A DNA stretch of 64,000 nucleotides from Hormiphora californensis (taxonomy: Eukaryota > Animalia > Ctenophora): the NCBI GenBank assembly GCA_020137815.1, contig CM035358.1:7192001-7256000 (forward strand), read 5' to 3'. A model generated the notes under the pieces. That model was not told the DNA's origin, did not search any database, and saw only the letters and a list, made by a program, of their open reading frames with translations. Position 1 is the stretch's first letter. Every line of letters begins with the position of its first letter. Made by a program: the position numbers and the translations under genes. Below are positions 13,601 through 28,025 of the stretch, one piece after another.

Positions 13601-14346
13601 TAGCAAGACGTTCCATGCTATCAATTACCTGATATTCAGTCATAGCAAGACGTTCCATGCTATCAATTACCTGATATTCAGTCATAGCAAGACGTTCCAT
13701 GCTATCAATTACCTGATATTCAGTCATAGCAAGACGTTCCATGCTATCAATTACCTGGTATTCAGTCATAGCAAGACGTTCCATGCTATCAATTACCTGA
13801 TATTCAGTCATAGCAAGACGTTCCATGCTATCAATTACCTGATATTCAGTCATAGCAAGACGTTCCATGCTATCAATTACCTGATATTCAGTCATAGCAA
13901 GACGTTCCATGCTATCAATTACCTGATATTCAGTCATAGCAAGACGTTCCATGCTATCAATTACCTGATATTCAGTCATAGCAAGACGTTCCATGCTATC
14001 AATTACCTGGTATTCAGTCATAGCAAGACGTTCCATGCTATCAATTACCTGATATTCAGTCATAGCAAGACGTTCCATGCTATCAATTTGACGAAATGCC
14101 TGGGCAAGTTGACTGTTCCCCATTAGCTGCACTGTCCTTTTCAACTGAAACAATATCATGATCAGAGTTGTAATGATAGCGGGGGGTTGTAACAAGTTGT
14201 AGATTATCTTTATCACAATATACCTTGATGAATCCTTTCAATGGAGACATGGCGATGGTGTTTCTATAGGTTTTGAAGTGATCAGCGGAGTGCGGTCCAC
14301 CACAATAAACGCTTTGAAAACTTGTCATGTTATCAGTCAACACCAT
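1852..14346 (-). CDS. Uncharacterised basic protein (at least 8 exons, at least 324 aa; last exon unresolved)
   Basis: Hand-spliced exons 14224-14346, 14049-14144, 10036-10197, 6905-7043, 6235-6367, 5666-5749, 2251-2330 and 1852-2006. All are GT-AG with matching phases and no stops (…KGFIK|LKRTVQL…MTEYQ|LYEKKQERY…|VVAKKRAG…|DYRTEPTK…|WKETTKQ…|DLHVSL…|ETLERRV…EIFK). It ends either by read-through (GTA TGA, ~1846) or with a further exon near 1600-1740. Confidence 0.65.
2372..4104. mobile_element. Non-autonomous hAT-like MITE interrupted by a TTAA element
   Basis: Termini TAGGGTTATC…GATAACCCTA with an exact 8-bp target-site duplication GAGGGCAG (2364-2371 and 4105-4112). Internal inverted arms at 2412-2440/4038-4068 and 3753-4032. 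Confidence 0.85.
2446..3747. mobile_element. Fold-back MITE with TTAA TSD (Kolobok-like)
   Basis: TTAA|GGGTACACCTGGCG…CGCCAGGTGTACCC|TTAA; ~610-bp near-perfect inverted arms, which explain the mirror-image ORFs 2657..2947 / 3247..3537. RR..YY termini with a TTAA TSD are typical of Kolobok. Confidence 0.85.
4125..5513. mobile_element. Fold-back MITE with TTAA TSD (Kolobok-like), related subfamily
   Basis: TTAA|GGGTACGCTAACC…GGTTAGCGTACCC|TTAA; ~600-bp inverted arms; shares internal blocks with 2446-3747. Confidence 0.85.
5768..6055. repeat. Intronic 30-bp minisatellite (~9.5 copies), each unit carrying an RFX X-box-like motif
   Basis: Unit GGTTACCATAGYAACAAGTATAAGGKWCAT, period 30. GTTACCATAGYAAC fits the X-box consensus GTNRCC(N0-3)RGYAAC. 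Confidence 0.85.
6344..6705. repeat. 74-80-bp tandem repeat (~5 copies) that duplicates a 3' splice site plus the exon start
   Basis: Copies of CCTTGGTAGGTTCAGTCCTGTAATCTAAACATG… begin at about 6344, 6424, 6498, 6578 and 6652. On the minus strand each reads …TTTAG|ATTACAGGACTGAACCTACCAAGG. Confidence 0.85.
7598..9952 (-). mobile_element. Non-autonomous/degenerate non-LTR retroposon insertion
   Basis: ~30-nt poly(A) tail on the minus strand (T-run 7596-7625). 13-bp direct repeat TATACGATCACTT at 7585-7597 and 9953-9965. An RT-like remnant KTGVKQGSAL (cf. GVxQGxxLS) lies ~90 nt upstream of the tail. No long ORF. Confidence 0.75.
10328..14087. repeat. 42-bp tandem array (~89 copies) covering an exon 3' end and 5' splice site
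   Basis: Minus-strand unit ATTGATAGCATGGAACGTCTTGCTATGACTGAATATCAG|GTA (IDSMERLAMTEYQV). Copies are nearly identical: an A>G variant in a few copies (~13548, ~13758, ~14010) and an irregular patch at 11100-11165. Confidence 0.95.
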
Positions 14347-14847
14347 GGCAACCGAATGTCGCTATGTAGCAAGTACTGGTACTGACAGAGTTGATAAGCT
14401 GTCTTTGGTGCTGGGTACTAATCAATATCTTGATACCTATAAAATAAGAATACAAATTACAAAGATTCAAGATTCACGTAACAACAATTCAAGATTCTCT
14501 CAGCAACTCCCCACGTGTAACTCAGCTGTTGATTTCCTCTTGGGATTACTACCGTAACTAAGTCAATAAATTTACCTGTAAATCTTCAATCCATTATCTT
14601 TCAGCCTCCGTGATTTCCAATTCAATTTTATATGGAACACATTCTATATGAAATACTTAATAGGGGGGAATGGCCAAATTCAAATGATTAATTGATGAAA
14701 ATCCCACTGAAATCAGCGTGCACCAGTGTAACTATTAATCATATCATGGTGTAGCTGTTATACTGTTATGTCCACGGCCCTCCTTTACATTTGTAAACAG
14801 AGTCTAGCTAGGCAAAGCTACACGCGTGTAGGTTGTCTAGTGATATA

Positions 14848-16535
14848 GGGTATACCGGGGTAATTTGGACGGTGGGGCAATGTGGTCACAGGACGGGGCA
14901 ATGTGGACTAGTGATTTATATGGGACTTTCAAATTGTGGTGTTTAGTGTGAAATAACGAAAAATGACGACTTTAAAGTTTAACTTTATTTCGGTAAACTT
15001 AATTATGATAATTATTTAAATTATGGGTCAGAATTGCACAATATGATATTTTTCTATCCAGTTTCATCATCCAAATGACATTAGCTTTCGAATTAATTAG
15101 CTAATTAGCATTTTAATGAAGCGGGGCAATTCGGACAATTTGGGGCAATTCGGACGAAAAAATCGGGGGCAATTCGGTCATAAACCAGATTGCCCCATGG
15201 GGCAATTTGGACTAGACCAAATTGCCCCGTGGGGCAAATTGGTTAAGACAAATTGGCCTCATGGCGCCATTATACTCGTTTCTATGGAAACGATAGACAA
15301 CCTACTTTCATAGTTATCCTATTCAATCAATATAGATGGCTAAAACTAATTAAATATACCAAAAAATAGAAAAAAGGCGCATGTTACAACCAATTCTCTG
15401 CTTGCCAAGGTCACAAGTCAATCCAAGGTGTGGCATTCGACAAACCAACTTAATGGGGTGCTCCAGAATATCTAGGACTGGTGCTTTGATAACCAAAAGT
15501 AGTGTTTTATCATGATAATCATCCTTATGCAGCTGATAAAACTGAATAAAGGGATAAATTACAGGCTAAATTAGAGCAATAGGCATACATTTGATAACCA
15601 AAGCCACTGATTTGCTAGTCATGGCTGGTAACTGAGGGCAGTCTGATGTCTCATTGTGATTCACAATCATGTTTAAACAATCGATAGTCTAATAATACGG
15701 ATGTATTGGGTGAATTTGGAGCAAGAAAATAGTACATTACTGCAAACTCGTCGGTTGCTATGGTAACAAACTCCGTTGCTATAGCAACCCCAGGGAATTG
15801 CATTGAGTGGGAATCAGCCACGAACATGATTTATTAGACTGGATCCCCATAATAGAAATTTCTGGCCTTGGAAGCACCTGAAAACACAGACACGGCCATT
15901 CCTTTGAAAACCGTAGCTTTATTTGTGGCTTTTTGATCTTTGATGTCGATTTTCTCAAAAACCCTATTCGGGATTAGATTAAATCTTTTTCTGATCGACT
16001 AGGCTAATCCTGAGCTTTCGAAAATGCACCCTATTGATATAGATTTGATGAACACTTAATTTTTTGGTTAATTAGGCTAATTACTACTTAATTAACCAAT
16101 TTTGAAAAAAGTAATAGCACGGGATACTAAATTACTAGATGACTGAAAAGTTTGAAATCGATATCTCAATAACTGTGGCTACAATCTAAGTTTGTCCGAA
16201 TAGCCCCAACCTCGGTCTGATTTACATTGCAGATTTACAGCTGGGGCAATGTGGTGTGTCGCGGTCACGTGATTGAATGCGCGCATTGTGATTGGTGTAG
16301 AGGGCCACTAGTCCACATTGCCCCGTGTCTCGCGATCGAAAATATTCCGACTTACCTTCATTAACAAGGTTAATTAGCTATCTAAAAGTTATGCTTTCGG
16401 TGTAAATTTGTTCTGAGGCTCTAGATAAAGGTTCAGTTGCACAAATTGAGTAGCTAACTAATTGATTAAGTAAATAAATGGCTCTTGAAAAACCAGTTGA
16501 ATGCAAAAAGTGGTCCAAATTACCCCGGTATACCC
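14848..16535. mobile_element. Non-autonomous DNA transposon, TA-flanked (Tc1/mariner-pogo-like)
   Basis: TA|GGGTATACCGGGGTAATTTGGAC…GTCCAAATTACCCCGGTATACCC|TA. Many subterminal GGGGCAATTTGG/GGGGCAATGTGG motifs in both orientations; no transposase ORF. Confidence 0.75.
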
Positions 16536-17515
16536 TACGTGAAGAGGCTTCAGAAAAAAGGAAACTCAAGCAGTGGTCGATAGTAAAAGATATATTATGA
16601 TGTGTTAAGAACCTTGAATTAAGATTTTAACATGAATTGTGTTAATAACCGAATTATGGTTTAACATGTTCCCGTGTTCCCATGCTCACACTTTGCGGCT
16701 TGTATCATGATACAATTATAGGCAATAAGTGCTACATGATCAATACTATAATGCTGCACCAACAGGGGCGGTATCTATTACAAAGGTTTAGGTTCGTGTC
16801 AAGTGTATCATGATATCATGCACAGTGGTTACTGGTTATATTGTGCATTACTCCGATCAATGTCATATTATCAGAGTTTAAATCTTATCGATTGATTTAT
16901 CGGTCAAAACATGTGCTTGTCGCAAGAATCCTACAAAAAGTGTAATTAAAAACTAGATGCATTAACAGCACATGAAATAATTTCAGGAGTAATTTCATAG
17001 CAATTAATTAACGGGTGAAGTTTGGTAATTAAATCAAGACAAGGTGATTTGAATTTTAAAGTTAAAATAGTAACCGTGAGAGAGGATCCTTTTTTCTCAG
17101 TCATAATACACAGTGCAATTAAAACCGCAAACACTTACTGTAACGCAGAGATATAGTGATAGTGATAGAGAGAGAGAGAAAAGTATTTTCTAAACTGCTT
17201 GTTATCGTCGAAGAAGACTGAAGAGAAAGTGGGATGGTAGTCGGTATAACAGTTGTAGTGCATCAGGAGAGATACATGTAGGAGAAACTTTGCGGAAAAA
17301 AGTACATGATAGATCAAACGGATAGTGTGCAGAGTGTGAGAGAGAGGGATTATATGAGAGGTATAAGACAGAGAGACAAAAGAAGAGAGGGAAGAAAGTT
17401 CTACAGCTGCAAAAACTATGTTATGATTTACCAATTCACGTGAGATCTGCGTTAAAAACTGCTGAGTAGCTGCAGCACATACGGCATTACAGCAGGACCC
17501 TCTTCCGGAATTTAG

Positions 17516-18018
17516 ACCTTAGGACATTAGGACCTTAGGACCTTAGGACCAGAGGACCAGAGGACCTTAGGACCTTAGGACCTTAGGACCTTATGACCTT
17601 AGGACCTTAGGACCTTAGGACCTTAGGACCTTAGGACCTTAGGACCTTAGGACCTTAGGACCCTTAGGACCTTAGGACCTTAGGACCTTAGGACCTTAGG
17701 ACCTTATGACCTTAGGACCTTAGGACCTTAGGACCTTAGGACCTTAGGACCTTAGGACCTTAGGACCTTAGGAACTTAGGACCTTAGGACCTTAGGACCT
17801 TAGGACCTTAGGACCTTAGGACCTTAGGACCTTAGGACCTTAGGACCTTAGGACCTTAGGACCTTTAAGGACCTTAGGACCTTAGGACCTTAGGACCTTA
17901 GGACATTAGGACCTTAGGACCAGAGGACCTTAGGACCTTAGGACCTTAGGACCTTAGGACCTTAGGACCTTAGGACCTTAGGACCTTTAAGGACCTTTAA
18001 GGACCTTTAAGGACCTTA
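17516..18018. repeat. 8-bp tandem repeat (AGGACCTT)n, ~60 copies
   Basis: Directly visible, with occasional variants (AGGACCAG, ATGACCTT). Confidence 0.95.
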
Positions 18019-18234
18019 GTCAGGCCCTATGAAGGTCCAACTCGATTGATACCTTTTCGAGGTGAAGATAAAAAAGATTTTTTTGACGAGACAAACAATT
18101 CAATGTACACAATCATAATTATTCACATAATATTCATTCATTCGAAAACTCTGTTTACTCAATCACATTTTCATAGTTCCTCCTAAGTTTTCCCGCCAAA
18201 ATTCACAGGCTAAAAGAAATCTAACAGCTGGTTA

Positions 18235-20273
18235 TTAGATGAAGGTAACTCCATTGCGAAAGTAAGGCTTCCTCTCGGGGTATGGTCGGTGAATTATCCT
18301 TCGAGAGATATCCCTATGTGGCATTCCTGCAAAGTGCAAATAGAAACTGTAGATAGAAACTGTGAGACAACGAGTTGTAGCAGCTTTTTGCGATAAAACT
18401 GTACATTAATAGCAGTTGCCGAGTTCTTGACTTACCAACTCCTGAGCACCTACATTCCCAGTTTTCTCCGTGTAGTTCTTTGGAGAGAGAACAAATGTAG
18501 CTGATCGCATTCTTCAGAGTTTGTAGTCTCGTCGGCTTCTTGGCACTTGGGCCTGTGAGGGATAATGAATAAACCTTATTTGCTCTCATTATCGAGCTGT
18601 GCAACCCGGGGACAATGAGGGCCTAATATCAAGTGTCAATAATTGCGACTTTTTACCGAATCACAGCTATACAACTGTGATAGTAGACTCTTATAATAGA
18701 TGCTCCTGTGGCTAGTACACATTGTCTACCGGGACATGACTAACGATCTGCAGGGATCACAGCTGGTTCACATGTCGCCAGTAAACATGGTATCAATTCG
18801 ATATTTCAATAATAATATTTTATTATTCATTGATAAAGATATCAACTGATAAATGATACGGAACTCTTTACTAAAGAAATATAGGTGGAAATCCTATAAA
18901 GGTCAAGGCCATTAACCCCTGAAACCTTAGGTCTCAAGTTGTTTTGTTTTCTCGCGGAGAGAGAAAGAGAGGGGATCGAACAAGGCAAGGCTCAGTCACG
19001 GCCATTCCCAGATTCCCTAAGACCTCGGGTTTCAAAGGTAACCATGGCCGTGAACTGTTCAGACACGACTATTTTTCCCTTGGTTATTGATATCAGCTTG
19101 AGTAGGAATTCGAAGAAAGCACTGTGGTACATAGTGTGTACCACATGAGTGCGTAGTACACACCCTGTGTGTACTAGGGTGTGTTATACTAGGAACTGAT
19201 AATAATCTTACCTTGTTGAAACTCGGGATCAATTTTCTTGCGGAGTGTCTCCACATTGTGACGAATATCTGCCACTCTCTTTCTCTCCCTTTCCCCTTTC
19301 TCCACCCGTCTACTTTCAGGGCTTGTCTCCAGAGACCGGGCTATGTGGACACCTAGGGGTGGGTGGAGGGGTTAGGTGGAGGGGTGGGTGGAGGGGTGGG
19401 GTAGAGGGGTTGGGTGGAGGGGTTGGGTGGAGGGGTTAGGTGGAGGGGTGGGTGGATGGGTTAGGTGGAGGGGTGGGTGGAGGGGTGGGGTAGAGGGGTG
19501 GGTGGAGGGGTTAGGTGGAGGGGTGGGGTAGAGGGGTGGGTGGAGGGGTTAGGTGGAGGGGTTAGGTGGAGGAGTTAGGTGGAGGGGTTGGGTGGAGGGG
19601 TGGGTGGAGGGGTGGGGTAGAGGGGTGGACACCTAGTGAAAGGTATTTAGCGGGCTATTTGGACACCTAGTGAATAGTAGAAAGGATTACTAATGTCCGG
19701 ATTGAACTGGGGCTGATCCGAGAGCAGTCAGCGGCACAAAACAAGACAACTAGGAAAACACTTACTGGAGTTAGAGATGGTTGGAGATTGTATCACAGTT
19801 TTCTGTTGCTGCTGTATCAACCCGTACTGAAATTGGGATAAAACCTTAGTTTCACAACAACAGCTCAACAACAAGACAGTATGAAACCAAGCATAGCCAT
19901 GATATCAAATCGAAAAATCAAGTATAACAATCGGTTCAAAATCAAGTCAATTGGGGTATTATGGCCGGGGTATTGTGGGGTATTATGGGTTGGACCAGTC
20001 TGAGAGGACTGGGGGCACCATCCGCGGTAGGAGAAGAGGGTTTGCAGCTGGAAGCTGCAGCAGTTCTCGCGTTTACCAGAGTTGATTCAGACATTCATAA
20101 CACAAGTAATTTCAAATGGGAATTGTCATTTGAAATTACTTGTGTTGTGAATGTCTGAATTCCAACTCTGGCAAACGCGAGAACTGCTGCAGCTCCCAGC
20201 TGCAAACCCTCTCCCCGGGTATTATGGGGGCTGACTTGAATCTTACCTGAAGATGCTCTTGTTCAAGTCTGGC
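18235..20273 (-). CDS. Divergent bHLH transcription factor (group A-like); 5' exon(s) not identified
   Basis: Phase-consistent exons 20247-20273 (ARLEQEHLQ), 19766-19826, 19212-19340 (…SRRVEKGERERKRVADIRHNVETLRKKIDPEFQQ: basic region + helix 1), 18436-18552 (GPSAKKPTRLQTLKNAISYICSLSKEL: loop + helix 2) and 18235-18326 (stop TAA). All donors are GTAAG. Confidence 0.8.
19358..19628. repeat. G-rich minisatellite (GGGTGGAGGG-type) in a bHLH intron
   Basis: Degenerate 11-13-bp units flanked by the direct repeat GTGGACACCTAG (19346 and 19625). Same motif family as 21040-21840, 22980-23730 and 27795-27895. Confidence 0.85.
20035..20212. mobile_element. Small fold-back (hairpin) element / MITE
   Basis: AGAGGGTTTGCAGCTGG…CCAGCTGCAAACCCTCT; ~85-bp near-perfect arms with a short loop. 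Confidence 0.7.
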
Positions 20274-20609
20274 CTGGTGTAGAATTAGAGAAAACTGCAT
20301 GATCGGGACAAGAAATGAGGATCAAAGCTATAATAGTTGAAGGGAATACCAGTTAGTGGGAGTATAACAGTTAGTTGCAGAGAGAGAAAATTATAGTAAA
20401 GGAGAGAGAAAGAGAAGGAGAGAGATAAGAAGAGAGAAAAACTAGAATGAAAAACAAGAAAGGCAGCTGTGCTCTGAGCTGGGTGCAATTATTTCTGCCA
20501 CGCGCCCACGCGATCATCTTAGAGCTCTGTGGCACTCGCAAAAGAGTAGCGTTAATTGATATATACTGCAGGGGCACTGCACCCTCTCTCTCTCACTCTC
20601 TCTCTCACA

Positions 20610-23760
<3,151 letters not shown>

Positions 23761-24327
23761 CGAAACAGGAGGTGGAATAAACGCTTTGGGATAAAAAACC
23801 TTTAATTTTAACGGGGGGTAGTTAATCAAAAAAAAAAAAACAAAAAAAAAACCTTTGTGGTAATAAAAAAAATTTAAATTGGGGGGGAAAATTTTTTCCG
23901 TTTTTTTTTTAGGTTTTTGTTGGGGGGGTAAAGCTTGGGGTTTTTTCCGATTTTTTTTTTGGGGGTGGTTTGAATAAGGGTGTTTGTTTATTTAAAGTTT
24001 TTGGGGTTTTTTTTAAAAGGGGGGGGTAAAATTTTGGGAAAAGTTTAACTTTTGATTTTTTTTTTTGAAAAATTGTTTTTTTTGGGGGTTTTTCCCCCCT
24101 TTTTTTTTTTCCCCCCTTTTTCTTCCCCCTTTTTCCCCTTCCCTTTCTCCCCCCCAAATTTTTTCCCTTTTCCCCCTTTTTTCCAAGTTTGTTCTTTTTT
24201 CCCCCCCCTTTTGGGGGGAAAAAAAATTTTCCCCTTTTCCTTTGGGGGCCCCAAAAAATTTTGGGGGGGGAAAATTTAACCCGGGGAAAAAAGAAAAAAG
24301 GGAAAAAAGGGGGGGAAAGGGGGAAAA

Positions 24328-24370
<43 letters not shown>

Positions 24371-25025
24371 TTTTTTTCGCCCTTTGCGGTCCTCTCCCCC
24401 CCTTTTTTCGTTTTTGCAAGGTTTTTCGATTATATTTTTTCCTTCGCGGGGGGGGGTTTTTTCTGGGGGCCCCCCCCCCCCCCCTGTTGCGCAGCCAAAG
24501 GCAAGGAGGTACTACTCGTCCATTTTCTCTGCACTCCCAGATCGCTGCCCCCAAATTTTGAGAAGAAAGGTGGGCGCATATCCTCTTTTGTGATGAAACA
24601 AAACAATTCAATACGCGCGAGAGCAGTTTCCCGACTTACTTTTCCTGATCCCTTATCCGGCGGGTCCATTCAGACATTCGATGATCGGGATCCGGTGTCC
24701 TTCCTATTTTCTACTTTCTTTCGCACTTTCCAGTAAACTCGTGCGTGCTTTCAGGCCAATGCTCTGACCACAGTTCTCGCGTGCCCTTATTTAAAAGAAA
24801 TGAGAATAGGGTCAGACCAATGCTCTGACAGCGTGTCATAAAATACTGTTCTCGAAGTCCTACTGGACTTTCCTAACCTAGAAAATTTCCATTCCGAGTC
24901 TTTCTGATCCGATATAAGATAAATGAACTATGAACGTTTGTAGACTGGCGCGTTATCAAGTTGGCTGTTCCCAGCGCGAGCTGGGGACAGCCAACTGGAG
25001 TTTAATCGCCCGGCAGGGCGATTAA

Positions 25026-25494
25026 AGTGAGAGTGGACCGAATCAGAATTGGACAAGTTTTTTGTAGGTAGTAGAGATTAGCTTTCTGAGCATTTTGCGT
25101 CTTTGCCGCTCAAAATCGACCCACCCATCACTGAGATATATTTGTTATGTTGGGAGAACTCCTGTTTAATCAGTATGTATAAAACAGAATAGAAACAATC
25201 GTGGTGTTTTACTAACACATTCTGAATATAAGAAGTGAGGTTGACATGTCCATGCACAGAAGCAGGGCAATGCAAGCCAGCATATCAAACATTTAAAGAA
25301 TGTGTTAGTAAAACACAAGGATTGTTTCTATCCTGTTTGATAAATATTGATCCAGCAGGAATTCTCCCAACATAACAAAAATATCTCAGTGATGGGTGGG
25401 TCGATTTTGAGCGGCAAAAACGCAAAATGCTCGGAAAGCTAATCTCTACTACCTACAACAAACTTGTCCAATTCTGATCCGGTCCACTCTCACT
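25026..25494. mobile_element. Fold-back MITE with TTAA TSD (Kolobok-like)
   Basis: TTAA|AGTGAGAGTGGACCG…CGGTCCACTCTCACT|TTAA; ~200-bp inverted arms. Confidence 0.85.
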
Positions 25495-28025
25495 TTAAAC
25501 TGGTTTAACAGTTTCCAGCCGCAGGGGTATAAGAGCCGCCTATTGTGGGTTAATATTGCCCACACGACACTCTAAGGCCCATATTTCGCTTTTGGATTGA
25601 CTTTTCAATCTAAAACTTATATCTAACGATAGCCATAACACTTGTCTCTCACATGAACAAATGATAATTTGTATAATCAGTGATCTTAATGGGGTTTGCT
25701 TGCATTTTATACAGCTCACTCAAATATGCACTATAGAGCACCAGTTATCACGTGACAGGGCAAGATGTCAACACCTCTTAGTACACGTGATCAGTGCATC
25801 CCCCATTCCCCATCCTGGTCCCTATCACATGGGTAGTGCACTACAGACCATTGGACGATGACAGGTGGTGAAACCATATCACGTGTTCGATTTATGACAT
25901 GTGAACCCTTCCCATGTGAGTGTTTTTCAGCCAATGAGATGTCACCACCATGAGTAACGCTTGACAAATCGCTAATAAATCAATCGCCTTATACAGTTGG
26001 TTTTCATTATTCATATCATCAGAGAGATAATTGTCAAAAAGTAAGACTTAAGAAATGCTAGGCAGATTGAATGAAAACTATGGCCTACAGATACCGTTTT
26101 ATAAACCACCCCCCCTGCTGATATTTCCCGCAGTCTACTGTGGTATATCAAATAATTCCCTCCCTCTGTTTTCACACCTTTCATAATTCCCGGGGTCGTT
26201 TTATAAGAAATAACCACGGCTAGTAAAGTGATGAAATTTGATAATCCCCTACGGGGATTATCACACGATATTCCCCTCGTCACTCCGTTCCTCGTGGATA
26301 TCGTATTGATATACCAGCCTAATAGGCTGGTATATCAGATTTCATCCCTCTACTAACCGGGGTTATCTATATTATATGCGTGTGGGCAAATTTAACCCAC
26401 AGTAGGCTATATACTGTTAAATCCTGACGCCGATCCCGAGGCGCTAGCCGAGGGTGAGGGGGAGGTGATTTAAACCTATAACGCGATAGGCTAACAAACG
26501 TTCATAGTTTATAAAACCCGATAGCAATTTCACACTAACAAGAGACACAACACAAGGTAAAACACAGAAGGAGTTCTGGAAAATAGTCAACAGACGTCCC
26601 CAAACTGTGTGTAGACTAACTGGCACCTAGTTGCAACTTGCAACTGTTCCTAACATATTTGAGTAAGAGAGAGGAAGATTGGGGCTAATACACACAGTGA
26701 GAGATATTGAACAGTAAAAGAGAGAATGAGAGAGAGAAGAGATAGGAATGCGATTCTTTTGACTTTTTATGAGAGAGATAACATTGAAAAGTGTTGCAGA
26801 TGTGTTCCCCTCTCTGTTATTGACAGAACTGTGTGTTTACACACATTTTATTTACTCTGAATTTTACACGCATGTTATTCAAATGAAGAGAAATGCGTGA
26901 AAAAGAGAGCGGGACTGTTAAAACGCGAGCAGGGTGTTAAATCCCCCACCTAGCAGTTATCATGAGCGCGCAAAATCTTCAAACGACTGTTAAATCAGCT
27001 ATCGGGTTTCATAATAACTTGACAAGGGTCAGCACAGTGTGCTGATAGGCCAGTTTCGACCCCCGTGAAATATATCAGCACACACCATTCACCAACGTTA
27101 AAATTAAAAATAAAATTTGACGTTTTTTGGTCATAACTCTGCCATTTCTTGGCAAAATTGCTTCATTTTGGGCTTGTTGGAAAAAGGGCATTTAATTTTA
27201 ACGTTGGTGTGTGCTGATTCGATGAAATACCGTAAGAAGACGCGTAGCATTGACCAATCACAGCCCTAGACCGTGCGTTACAAAAACGGTGTGCGTCTGC
27301 GTACCGTTTTTGAAAACCGTTTCTCAACTACTAAAAGCGGCACTGTCACACGACTCACAGGTTTTGGGAAAATGATAAAATTAATAAAACAACAAACAAC
27401 AAACAAAACTCTCTCTTTTCGTCGATTTGTTCAGTAAACAGAACTTGTCATAAATGACCATATATGGTCATGATGGTACTCTGATCCCTATATATTACTG
27501 ATCATACATTAGGTTAATCGATCTAAAGTTATCGATAAAAATCTCCTAAAGCTATTTTATATAAATTAAAATAGTTTTTATAAGTTTGTCTGGTTATAAT
27601 TAGAACCGCAACACAAATAAATACATTTTGATAGAAAGTGAACAATCTAAAGTGAGTGAATGTTGTATAACACTCAAGAGGGAGACATTGTGAGTTGCAG
27701 CTCACAGCTCACACACTGCATGAGTTGCAGCTCACAGCTCACACTAGGCTCTGCCCGGTAGATCATTGTCTCAACAATTTGTTATTTGTTAGGGGAGGAG
27801 TTGGGTGGAGGGGTGGGTGGAGGGGTGGGTGGAGGGGTGGAATGGTGGGTGGAATGGTGGGTGGAGGGGTGGGTGGAGGGTTGGGTGGAAGGGTGGCTCC
27901 GCCCGGTAGATCATTGTCTCAACAATTTGTTGTAGGGTATGCGGTTCACTTTCCGCCATTACCGTATCACTAACAGTTAACACGAACACGAGAGAAAAAT
28001 AAAACAAGGAAAACACACACACATG

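Noticed and set aside
10328-14087. CRISPR array
   Set aside because: Units are contiguous and identical with no unique spacers; eukaryotic context; no cas genes.
11157-14216. 1019-aa stand-alone repeat protein ORF (and ORF 10088..11098)
   Set aside because: Its start lies in an intron and the frame is open only because the 42-bp unit is stop-free. Treated as an exon/donor duplication within the spliced gene.
26080-27210. Probable old transposon fragments (CCGAGGCGCTAGCCGAGG motif, short inverted repeats)
   Set aside because: Could not define termini or a TSD with confidence.
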